Below are positions 49,044 through 58,015 of a stretch of DNA of 64,000 nucleotides, one piece after another. Within the stretch, counting starts at the first letter, position 1; each line of letters opens with the position of its first letter. The DNA is taken from assembly GCA_019056785.1 (NCBI GenBank), contig DXJV01000073.1:39957-103956 (forward strand), given 5' to 3'. Under the pieces are notes generated by a model. The model made no database searches and was not told where the DNA came from. It saw nothing but the letters and a program-made list of their open reading frames with translations. The DNA is from Candidatus Heimdallarchaeota archaeon (GTDB lineage Archaea; Asgardarchaeota; Heimdallarchaeia; JABLTI01). A program made the position numbers and the translations under genes.

Positions 49044-49724
49044 CTAACTCTGCAACGCGATGAGCTGGAGCTGGGTGCGGATCCGGAGATATTCCTTAGC
49101 GAAGTCGACGGAAGAAATGTCAGCCCAGTGGAAGCGCTCCTCAATATCGAACAGCTCCTCCTCAAGGGAGAGCTTGCGCTTCTCGAGATATTCCTGCCGC
49201 TCCTTGGTGGGGTCAACACGACGACGACCACTGAGCGCAGCACGCATACGAGAAAGATCAGCCTCCTTCTGACGAAGGACCTCCTCAAGCTGCGCCTTCT
49301 GCCGGGTGAGAACCTCAAGAGCAGCATCAGGCTTGACCTTAGGGGCAGCACCGCGCTCAATAAGATGACGGGCAGGACGAAGAGGCTCACGAGCAAAAAG
49401 ACCCTTAAGACTGTTAGCAACCTGGAAAAGATGATACTGAGGATTCCAGCGCTTGAGAATCCACAAATCAACAACACCGCCACGACCAACACGAGGATGG
49501 TCAACCTCACTAATCATACGAACAAGAGGAGGAACAGCAGGAAAGCCGTCCAATAACTGAATCTCAACAGTAAAATACCGGTCTCGAAACTGACCGCGAC
49601 CAGGAATTAAACCACGCCAACGAGTGAGATCACCATTAAAAGGCTCGAAACCACGACCCTTCTCGAACATGAGACCGGCCTCGCGAGCGAGAATGACGTC
49701 AGGGATATTGATATTACTACTCAA
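49044..49724 (-). CDS. UEV-domain protein, Vps23/TSG101-like ESCRT-I subunit
   Basis: UBC fold (W.GLIPG, FPAVPP.V, HPRV..GG.VDL with catalytic Cys replaced by Asp, W.P), coiled coil, C-terminal ISSVDFAKEYLRIR steadiness-box-like hairpin. Confidence 0.82.
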   Translation of the reverse strand: MSSNINIPDVILAREAGLMFEKGRGFEPFNGDLTRWRGLIPGRGQFRDRYFTVEIQLLDGFPAVPPLVRMISEVDHPRVGRGGVVDLWILKRWNPQYHLFQVANSLKGLFAREPLRPARHLIERGAAPKVKPDAALEVLTRQKAQLEEVLRQKEADLSRMRAALSGRRRVDPTKERQEYLEKRKLSLEEELFDIEERFHWADISSVDFAKEYLRIRTQLQLIALQS

Positions 49725-50206
49725 TTTTTTTCAACTCTTTCGAATTTTCTTATTGGTTCTTCTCTTTCTATGTCTTTTTTCTTCCCATTCCTCGAGTTAG
49801 TTGCGCTCTCCTGGGTTTTCTTCCTCATGAAAGAGAGGGGCTGCTTTTCAGCATCCTTAGCGGGTTTGTCCCTCAGGGCTTTTCCTCGCCGATGCTTGTT
49901 CTTCTCAATTGATAATGCCACTTCCTCCTTATTATTTATTACTAAATTGCCATTAATAAAGTAATTAATCGCCAGGTTGACCATTAGCAGCAGGTGGTTT
50001 CTCAAGTTGTTTCTCTTGTAGTCCATTGCTTCCATTATTCTTGCCAGCTCTTTCGAGTGGGAGATGTAGTGGTAGAGCCTGTAGGCGGAGCCCTGTCGTT
50101 CCTCGATGTCTTTCTGTAGCCTTTCGAAATCTATCTTACCGTTTTCGTAATCGTAGCGGGCAATTGCTTTCTGTGATTTTTCTGGTTCAGCCACTCTGCC
50201 ACCCAT
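49721..50206 (-). CDS. Hypothetical protein; stop overlaps start of the Vps23-like gene
   Basis: GGAGG-type SD before ATG 50206; TTGA overlap at 49721-49724. Confidence 0.5.
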   Translation of the reverse strand: MGGRVAEPEKSQKAIARYDYENGKIDFERLQKDIEERQGSAYRLYHYISHSKELARIMEAMDYKRNNLRNHLLLMVNLAINYFINGNLVINNKEEVALSIEKNKHRRGKALRDKPAKDAEKQPLSFMRKKTQESATNSRNGKKKDIEREEPIRKFERVEKN

Positions 50207-50380
50207 ACACCCCTCCCTCCCAATCCCGGATCTCGCAAAATACCACGCTGCTATGGTGCATAGCAAAATGAATTTTAACAGATTGTTATAGATTTATAGA
50301 TTAATAAATTTAAGAGCGGTAGGAACATCTATCAGACTTATTTTTCCCCGAATAGTCAAAAACTCACAAATTTACATTTT

Positions 50381-51172
50381 TCATTCATATTTTAATTTTC
50401 CATATTCTTTAGTTCCAATTTTATCTTTATATTTGTTCATGGCTTTTTTCATGATTTTGAAGAACATCCAATTAAATAAGTGCCCCAATAAACGATTAAA
50501 CGGATTTGTTTTACATTTATAATAATAAAGTTGATCTAACCATCCTCTTTCATTCCAATATTCATAATCATTTGGGAACACGGTTTTTGCAAGTACCTTT
50601 TTAGTCTGAAATTGGATAATTTGATTTAAAGTAACTTTATGTTCTTTTGGATTTTGAAATAGACTCTTTATAAATTTCGAAAGAACTTTCTTATTTTTTT
50701 TCATATTTGTCGTTCTTTTGCTTGCCCAAATATTCCCAACAAAATGCGCACCCCAATTGATACCAACTATTTTTAGATATTTCAAAGTAATATTTAGACC
50801 GGAACTCGATGTTGTTGTGACTCCAAGATAGGGTTTGGCTGTCAAAATAGGGCTGTGGGCCCATTTTGCTGTTTTATCGATAAACATTTTCATTTTTCCG
50901 GTGACATTGTTATTATAAACAGGAGATGCAATGATAATTCCGTCGCTTTTTTTCATTTTATCCCTAATCTCAATCATATCATCTTTTATGATGCAACCAG
51001 TCCCTAACACACAATTTTCACACCCTTTACAATCTTTTATGTCCTTTTCGCTAAGAATAACTACTTCTAATCCAATTTCATTTTCATTAAGTTTCGTTTC
51101 AAGGAATTTAAGGAGGTTATGAGTATTTCCATCCTTTTTTCCTCCCAAAATGGCGACGACTTGTTTTTTCAT
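50381..51172 (-). CDS. Flavodoxin-like iron-sulfur flavoprotein / NAD(P)H-dependent FMN reductase
   Basis: GNT, CKGCENC.....C, DDM, ASPVY, MKMFID. Visibly more AT-rich than neighbours. Confidence 0.9.
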   Translation of the reverse strand: MKKQVVAILGGKKDGNTHNLLKFLETKLNENEIGLEVVILSEKDIKDCKGCENCVLGTGCIIKDDMIEIRDKMKKSDGIIIASPVYNNNVTGKMKMFIDKTAKWAHSPILTAKPYLGVTTTSSSGLNITLKYLKIVGINWGAHFVGNIWASKRTTNMKKNKKVLSKFIKSLFQNPKEHKVTLNQIIQFQTKKVLAKTVFPNDYEYWNERGWLDQLYYYKCKTNPFNRLLGHLFNWMFFKIMKKAMNKYKDKIGTKEYGKLKYE

Positions 51173-51333
51173 AATTTTCTACTCCTTAATTTACTCTCAA
51201 TTACAAATAATTTACCGGTTGAATTAATCTTACTTTAGTTTTTAAGAATTTGTTGCTTTCTCTATTCGCAGTTGTTTTTCTTCCCCTTATCGCAACGTGG
51301 TTTTTATACTCTCGAGGCAAAGTACTTTGTATT

Positions 51334-52944
51334 ATGGCGAATGGACCTGTGCTCACCTGGCGGTGTGACCCACTCTTGTATGACCCACAAGCCGTTTCCG
51401 CTGACGCTTGGCTCACAGCAAACAAACTGATCGAGCAAGGACAATTAGAGCGCATTTTCTATGACCCGGCCGCACTCAAACTCGAGCTTTATCCCATTCT
51501 CGTCCGAAAAGTGGATTTTCTCCGGGAGCGGCAGAGCGACCGTATTCTTGCTCGCTTCCCGTTCAAAGTGCTAACTGAGGACGAAATTGCCGCCATTAAC
51601 GACCGGCTCCTTTCGCTGGCAGAGCAAGTTCATCATTATTTCTACCGCTCAATAGATTTCTCCATTCGCTCCTGGCGCGAGAAACTACGCCATTACCTTG
51701 AGCGGGGGGCATTACCATTCCCTCTTCTACGTTGCCTCTGGAAAATCAACCCTGAGCTTGTCCATTACCCACAGGACTCTGTTATCTTTGAAAGTGCGCG
51801 AGGAAAACGGTATACCATCCCTTGTAAAATAACCAAACAGTTAGTCTATCTCTGTGGTGTTGTAAATGGTGATGGGCATCTCCGGACGCATTGGTTACGG
51901 ATTGTTGATGAAACAAAAGAGCATATCCAATTTCTCTCCCAATTATTTATGCAATTGTTCAGCGATGGCGGTGTTATATTCCAAAGTGGAAACGCGTGGA
52001 ATGTTGAAATCCGTTCCTCACAAGCTGTTCGGTTATTTCACTTTCTCACGGATCAAACCATTAATGGCGCAAAATATGGCTCTTTGAGGGAACCCGTCTT
52101 TTTTCAACTTTTAGACCAACCATATCGCTCACTTTATTGGCGGGGCGTGATGGATGCAGACGGTTCCTATAAAAATCAAATCTCGTTTGGAAGCGCAAGC
52201 AAACGCTATATCTCGGACTTCCAGTTATTTTTGCGTTCTGTAGGCATTAAGAGTTCAATTACGACTATGAAGACAGGGACGTTTCTCTTGCAAATTCCAC
52301 TTGACTTTAAACTCCCATTTGCAAGACAGATTGGTGTACACAATCCGAAAAAGAAAAGGGATCTTAAAAACCTTCTCAATAAGAAATCACTTATCTTTAA
52401 TGGTCTAAGAGAGGAACATATCACGCGAGAAGGTTACTTTGACCTGAGCAAATTAACACCGTTATATGTGCTCGGTCTCGAAGCCTATCTAAAGGCTTAT
52501 CGAAAACCACTCTCCTACGCTGCAGTCGAGCGAAAATTGGGATTGAGTTCCGGACAATATTATCATTACGAACATGGAACAAGAGCTCTCCCGTTTCCAC
52601 TACTCTTCAAATTGTTTGACCTCAAAGAGCCAAATACGCTTATGAAGAAGCTTGTCGCCTTGCCGGGGAAGCTCCTCTTTCGCGCCTCAACATCTAAACC
52701 ACACCCCTTACCCTTGAAACCTACACAAGAGCTACTCTTTGTTATGAGTCATCTTTTACCTTTGACTAATTGGACGCGCATTCTTCAACCAACAAAACAA
52801 TTATACCAGGCAATTGAAAGGCTTTTTGAGGTGGAACCCGTAAAAAAGCATATTAGGGATAAATTATTGTTGCGCTTTTTACAAACGTTTGGTGACTATA
52901 GGAAAATAGAAATAGGGATATTTCGAAATTTAATAAGCTATTAA
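51334..52944 (+). CDS. Free-standing LAGLIDADG endonuclease-like protein with HTH domain(s)
   Basis: LVYLCGVVNGDG (51841-51876), LYWRGVMDADG (52132-52164), XRE-like HTH LSYAAVERKLGLSSGQYYHYEHGTR. Confidence 0.82.
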   Translation: MANGPVLTWRCDPLLYDPQAVSADAWLTANKLIEQGQLERIFYDPAALKLELYPILVRKVDFLRERQSDRILARFPFKVLTEDEIAAINDRLLSLAEQVHHYFYRSIDFSIRSWREKLRHYLERGALPFPLLRCLWKINPELVHYPQDSVIFESARGKRYTIPCKITKQLVYLCGVVNGDGHLRTHWLRIVDETKEHIQFLSQLFMQLFSDGGVIFQSGNAWNVEIRSSQAVRLFHFLTDQTINGAKYGSLREPVFFQLLDQPYRSLYWRGVMDADGSYKNQISFGSASKRYISDFQLFLRSVGIKSSITTMKTGTFLLQIPLDFKLPFARQIGVHNPKKKRDLKNLLNKKSLIFNGLREEHITREGYFDLSKLTPLYVLGLEAYLKAYRKPLSYAAVERKLGLSSGQYYHYEHGTRALPFPLLFKLFDLKEPNTLMKKLVALPGKLLFRASTSKPHPLPLKPTQELLFVMSHLLPLTNWTRILQPTKQLYQAIERLFEVEPVKKHIRDKLLLRFLQTFGDYRKIEIGIFRNLISY

Positions 52945-53331
52945 CTAAAATGCTTTTGGAATAAAAAATTTCCATCATTAAAGAGTAAAGAGAAGCTTAC
53001 AAAATTGGGCGTAAATATGTTCATGTAGGACTTTAGCATACAAAATATCATTTGAGCTTTGCATTTTTCCTTTCTACCATTTTTACTGATGAAAGCTTAT
53101 TTCAGTTCTTTTATTTTGACAGCAACTTCTTTTGTTATATTGACAAATCCTCGTTCATCTTGCAAAAAGATGAGTGTATGGATGAATCTGCTCTTTACAA
53201 TTCGATTTGGTTGCTTTTTAAGAATGATTCAGGTAGTAATGTAGTCAGTGCTCTAATCATACTGCTCTGGGGCTTTTATATCTCCAAATCCAATGTACTT
53301 AGTAGTATCATCGATTGAAGGATCGCGAGAA

Positions 53332-53814
53332 ATGAAACAAGACGTGTTACTGGAGGAGCTCCTAGGCACCAGTGATTTCCAAGCGATAGCCGGCTTTGTT
53401 CATGCCCAGGAGGAAGAGCTCCGAGCCAGGGCGCTCTGGGCTTTAGCACGGTACGCAAGAACGAGCGTTTCTTTTGAGCAAATTAAGAAGGAGTTACAAA
53501 AGGCTAAAAACGACGGTTCCAGGATTCTTCTAGCAGCTGCGTTGTATCAACTCAATTCGTCACCAACCTCTCAGGAAATGCGCTTTCTTGCTGAGTATTA
53601 TAAAACCCACTATTATGACGAGGTGCATGATGAGCTGACGGTGGATTTTACCGGCGATTTTGGCCTTTCTGCCGCGGTTTTGGGATTCATCCTGTGGGAG
53701 GTTGGCTACAAGTTTTTCGCCATGGATGATGACCTCGCTGCCTACGACCTGGACTGGCTGACCGAGAAAAACGATGAAAAGGAGGGTAATTTTAGTATTC
53801 TTGCAAAGAAGTAA
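53332..53814 (+). CDS. Hypothetical protein, HEAT-repeat-like
   Basis: LRARALWALARY...RILLAAALYQL helical repeats. Confidence 0.55.
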   Translation: MKQDVLLEELLGTSDFQAIAGFVHAQEEELRARALWALARYARTSVSFEQIKKELQKAKNDGSRILLAAALYQLNSSPTSQEMRFLAEYYKTHYYDEVHDELTVDFTGDFGLSAAVLGFILWEVGYKFFAMDDDLAAYDLDWLTEKNDEKEGNFSILAKK

Positions 53815-54082
53815 ATCAAAACTTTCCAAAATGGCAAATGGACTAATCGAAAAAATGAGAGGGGGAAAGTCATTCCTTTTATTATATATTAGGGAGGTAG
53901 TTCAATGACAAAAAAGGCTCTTAAAATACCCTAAGAAGATTTTTTAGATTTAGACTTTAGAAAAAAAGAGCGAAAGGTCACTTTTTTGTGATTATTGCCA
54001 AGCATTTGGCCGTTTTTTTGTGACCATTAGACAAAAAAACTCTTCAAAAGTTATCTAATAGCAAGAGAGGAAAAAAAATAAG

Positions 54083-54159
54083 TGGTGGACCGGGCGGAAT
54101 TTGAATCCGCGGCCATCTGACTGCGAATCAGACGATCTTCCAGGCTGATCTACCGGCCC
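54083..54159 (-). tRNA. tRNA-Ala(CGC), encoded CCA
   Basis: GGGCCGG/CCGGTCC with G3:U70, TCTGA-TT-CGC-AG-TCAGA anticodon arm, TTCAAAT T-loop. Confidence 0.96.
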
Positions 54160-54355
54160 TTTTTTGTTTCTTTTTCTTTTTTCTCTTTTAATGATTTTTG
54201 ATTGTTTCTTGAAAAAAAAGTTCTTTTTCTTAGTCTCTAACCAAAACTCTAAAAGGTAAAGCTAGTTATCAAAGAATTATGGATTGTGATCTTTCTCTTG
54301 AGATTATTATCCCTCCTCTTCCCCTTTCCATTCATGTTATTGGAGTTTCCTGAAA

Positions 54356-57300
54356 ATGGCTCTTAAAGAAGCAAAATCACTTCAGTTATTACCTCGTTTG
54401 TCTGCAACTGAGAAGCGTATTTTCTCCGTTTTAAGTTCTTATGGCATTAGTTCTCCTCTTGACATTTCCTCTCGTAGTGGCATTTCTAAGGGTCGTGTTC
54501 TTTCTTCTCTTGAGAAGCTTTTACAGCGCGGTCTTGTTATTGAGGTTCCTTCTGCTGACAAGGATTCCCCCCATTATGCTGCTGTTTTTCCCATCCGGCG
54601 TTTTACTGCTGTTGTTGACAAACTCATTCATTCTCTCGAGGCTCGTCGTGAGGAGTTAGAAGCCACTAGTCAGTTGGTAAATGATTTCACTGAGAATGCG
54701 ATTAAGAATGTTCGCGAAGCGAGTGTTGAGGAGCGTAAAAAGAGAAACGAGCGTTCCGAAGAAGACATTAAAGACCTTGAGATGGCTTTAGACGCTTCTT
54801 TCAGTGGTATTTTAGCTTCTGTTGAGACGGATTTGCAAGACTTGAAAAAGATTGCCCAGACTTCTCGGGAGTTTTTAACTGAGTCTTCGATTCGTTGTGA
54901 TGAGACTGTGGCTAATATCTCTCATTCTCTCGTTCCTTTGAAACAAAAGTATACTGCCATGATTAAGCAGGCCCAGCAACACATCGAGGAACAATTGGAA
55001 GCCACCGTTGATGAGCGTGTTGGTAATGTCTTGGAATTTGAGATGAATGCTAATAGGGCTTTCAATGAGGTTGTGGAAGTTTTCAAGGCCTCCCAGGATG
55101 CTTTTGAAGAGATTATCTTTAATGTTCTGGATGCTGGCATTGAGAACCTTGAAAAGGTCACCCGGCCAATTAGCGATCAAATAGAGGAAGCAATTACCTC
55201 CTTGAAAGTTGCCATCAAAAAAGCCTCCAATAATTTCCAGACGGAGATCATCCGTGTTTTAACGGAGCAGAAACGGCCAATTATCAATGCTGTTGACAGT
55301 CTCCGCCCAAAAATGAGTAAACTTTTGAAAAATTCGTTAAGTTCACATAATACCATTCTTGATAACCAGTATCAGTCCTTAGTTGCTGTTCTCGAGGACC
55401 ATACATCCCTCTTTTCTGAAGCCATTGACCAGCTTATCAGTGAATTCAATCGAAGGGTTAGCGATCTTGTGGAACAGACTCAACTCACCCTCTCAAGCAC
55501 AAGAGACGAGCTTTCTGCTGAAGAAAGCAGATATAAAGAAACTCTTGAGACCGACATGGAGGTAAAGAGCAACCTCATCCAAATCACTCTGAATAAAACA
55601 AATGACCTTTTAGATGACATGAGGGAACAATTTATTATCGCTTTAAATCAAGCTGTTGCAAAATATCAGATGGATTTGAGCGATCAAGTTGCAAAATTGG
55701 AGAATGATTTTCTCAACGTCGTGGACAAAAACGGCATTAGCATTCAAAATATTTTGAATGTAGCCAGCGTCTCCTTAACAGAGCCATTGAAAACATTCAT
55801 TGAGAATCTCGAGCAATTAAACGACAAAATTCGAAAGGAAGAAGACGCTTTTCTAAAGAAATTCGAATCTGCCCTGACGACTGACTTACTTGCTCTTAAT
55901 AAGGACTTCCAAGAGGAGACCAAGAAAGCTGAAGTGGAACTTGAACGGACCATTCAAAGATTGATCAAGAAGCTTGCTAAGGACATTAACACCAACCACA
56001 CTGTCTTGCTTAATAGACTCAAAACAAGCCAAAAGAATCTACAGGCCAGCTTTACCAATTTCTCTGAAATTCATGAGCGTGAATTGCGTGCCACCACCAA
56101 AGAATTGAACTCCCTCACAACAAAGCTGGAACGCTGGAAAGAAGAGAGTCAGAGCTTGCTTATCCGGCAAATTAATGATCGGGTGAATAAGAGCTTGGAA
56201 GTTCTGGAAAATGAAATTAATGAAATTATCACCAAGATTGAGGAAGAATCGGGCCAAGGCTCCAAAGAAAACACTATTGCTGTTGTTAAAGAGTCGTTTA
56301 CTGACATTTCGAAAAGTTTCAAAGGATTCGGTGCAGCTGTAAATTCGCTTCTTAAGCAATCTTTGGATGAAATTAACACCACTCTAAAAAAAGAAAGTCT
56401 GAACATAAAGAATCGATTTGTCCAATTCAAAAAAGAACAAGACCGGCTTGTGGACGAAACAAAGAAGCCCTCTATCAAGTTGATAAGAGAAATTGCCAGT
56501 GATTATGATGAGCTTACCAAGCAATTAATCAATGACATTCAGAAATTCTTTGACAGCGAATATTCTTCATTAAAGAAAACCAGGCAGGACCTTTCGAACA
56601 TCTTGGAAAAGATCCTAACAAAGAGGAGCACCAAAAGCTCGAAGGACATTAATAGATTACAAGAAATCTTGCGACGCTCCCGGGAGGATTATCTGAAAAA
56701 AGCTGGGAGTAATCTCGAGAAAACTGAAAAAGTTGTTGTAAAAGAAATCGCTCAATTAGTCGATCAAGAGAAGAATTCCCGAAGTACAATTACTGCTCTT
56801 ACAGAAAAAATCGTTTCGGACTTGAGCGAAGGAGTCAATTCTACTGCAGAAGTTTTACGAACAAATCTCTGGGATGGTACAACCAAAGTTTTCGGAGAGG
56901 CAATGGCAGAGATTAATAAACAATCTATCGAACTTACGAACTTAAATGAAAAATTGAAGGAGAACTCCTTTGCAACCATCCAAGCGTTACATGGAAAATT
57001 ACATGCCAGTTTGGATGTCTTTGAGCAAAAAACTGTGCTTTTACATGAAAAACAAATTGGCAATATAAGTGAGTTTAAAGACAAATTCCAAACTGCCCTC
57101 GAAAATGATTTGAAGACCAAGACTGAGGAACTCCAAATTTCCCGAAAAGAGTTGTCAAATGTCAGTCGAAAACTAAATGAGATAATCCAGGAAACTATTG
57201 ACAAAGAAACGTTCCAAACGATTCTTGAATTAGAGGCACAAACCTCCGGAATTGAGGGGGCTATTTTTAACACTGTTGGGGGCATTACTGCTGAGGCAGC

Positions 57301-57955
57301 AAGGCGTACTGATAGTGTCGTTGTTATAGGTGAACAAGCTGTTTTAGGAATTGAAGAGCGATATGTCGAAAATCTAGAGCAAATCAGGAAAAACCTTACC
57401 GATGAAGTCATAGGAAAGATCGAAGAAGAAGCAAAGCAAATCGAAAAGTACAAAGAGCACTTCAAAGAGATCGGGCGAAACCACCGTGTCGTTTATGGCG
57501 AGGCAATGAGTCAATTAAATCAGCAACTTGCATATGATCTCCATGAAGCCGCAAAGTCCGCTGAGAAGATCTTTACTGCCTGCGAGACAATTTCATCGAA
57601 ATATCTACAAAACTTGAATGATGAAATATCCGCAATGGGCGACCGTGTTGGATTAACTACTGATAAATTAACAGAAGAGATTCTCGAAGATATTGACCGG
57701 GTGTTCCAAAAAGTAAAACGCGAAGTGGCCTTATTTGCGCGAAAGCAGTTTGAGCTTTCCAACAAAAGCAATCAAGAAATTGCCGAGGCATTTCTCAAAT
57801 CTGTTGATGACCTCGAGGAAGTGATGCTCAAGCAAATTTCCAGTTTCACAAAACGCGTCAGCTCAGCTTTAAGTCGCACAAAAGATGTTTCCGATATTAT
57901 CAATCAGCACATTAAAGACATCACCGAAACTTTTAGCGAACTCCGACAAAAATAG
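54356..57955 (+). CDS. TrmB-like winged-helix protein with ~1100-aa alpha-helical/coiled-coil region
   Basis: LSATEKRIF..L...G.SSPLDISSRSGISKGRV..SLEKLLQRGLV, then long amphipathic helical repeats. Confidence 0.8.
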   Translation: MALKEAKSLQLLPRLSATEKRIFSVLSSYGISSPLDISSRSGISKGRVLSSLEKLLQRGLVIEVPSADKDSPHYAAVFPIRRFTAVVDKLIHSLEARREELEATSQLVNDFTENAIKNVREASVEERKKRNERSEEDIKDLEMALDASFSGILASVETDLQDLKKIAQTSREFLTESSIRCDETVANISHSLVPLKQKYTAMIKQAQQHIEEQLEATVDERVGNVLEFEMNANRAFNEVVEVFKASQDAFEEIIFNVLDAGIENLEKVTRPISDQIEEAITSLKVAIKKASNNFQTEIIRVLTEQKRPIINAVDSLRPKMSKLLKNSLSSHNTILDNQYQSLVAVLEDHTSLFSEAIDQLISEFNRRVSDLVEQTQLTLSSTRDELSAEESRYKETLETDMEVKSNLIQITLNKTNDLLDDMREQFIIALNQAVAKYQMDLSDQVAKLENDFLNVVDKNGISIQNILNVASVSLTEPLKTFIENLEQLNDKIRKEEDAFLKKFESALTTDLLALNKDFQEETKKAEVELERTIQRLIKKLAKDINTNHTVLLNRLKTSQKNLQASFTNFSEIHERELRATTKELNSLTTKLERWKEESQSLLIRQINDRVNKSLEVLENEINEIITKIEEESGQGSKENTIAVVKESFTDISKSFKGFGAAVNSLLKQSLDEINTTLKKESLNIKNRFVQFKKEQDRLVDETKKPSIKLIREIASDYDELTKQLINDIQKFFDSEYSSLKKTRQDLSNILEKILTKRSTKSSKDINRLQEILRRSREDYLKKAGSNLEKTEKVVVKEIAQLVDQEKNSRSTITALTEKIVSDLSEGVNSTAEVLRTNLWDGTTKVFGEAMAEINKQSIELTNLNEKLKENSFATIQALHGKLHASLDVFEQKTVLLHEKQIGNISEFKDKFQTALENDLKTKTEELQISRKELSNVSRKLNEIIQETIDKETFQTILELEAQTSGIEGAIFNTVGGITAEAARRTDSVVVIGEQAVLGIEERYVENLEQIRKNLTDEVIGKIEEEAKQIEKYKEHFKEIGRNHRVVYGEAMSQLNQQLAYDLHEAAKSAEKIFTACETISSKYLQNLNDEISAMGDRVGLTTDKLTEEILEDIDRVFQKVKREVALFARKQFELSNKSNQEIAEAFLKSVDDLEEVMLKQISSFTKRVSSALSRTKDVSDIINQHIKDITETFSELRQK

Positions 57956-58015
57956 TTTCCTACAGAAAGAAGAAAGAGAAGAATTTAACTAGAAGGAAAA
58001 CAATGTAAGTATACC

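Noticed and set aside
48926-49556. Long alternative-frame ORFs (48975-49556 +, 48926-49510 -) over the Vps23-like gene
   Set aside because: Low-complexity translations. Stop-codon absence is an expected by-product of the skewed codon usage.
51250-52944. LAGLIDADG ORF as an intein or intron-encoded endonuclease
   Set aside because: No Cys/Ser start block, no His-Asn end, no interrupted host gene and no flanking BHB or rRNA.
53052-53318. Short hydrophobic ORFs upstream of the HEAT-like gene
   Set aside because: Multiple stops, no convincing start or homology; possibly a decayed gene but not supportable.
49700-54083. Provirus or integrative element at tRNA-Ala
   Set aside because: No integrase, no duplicated tRNA 3' end and no viral genes seen.
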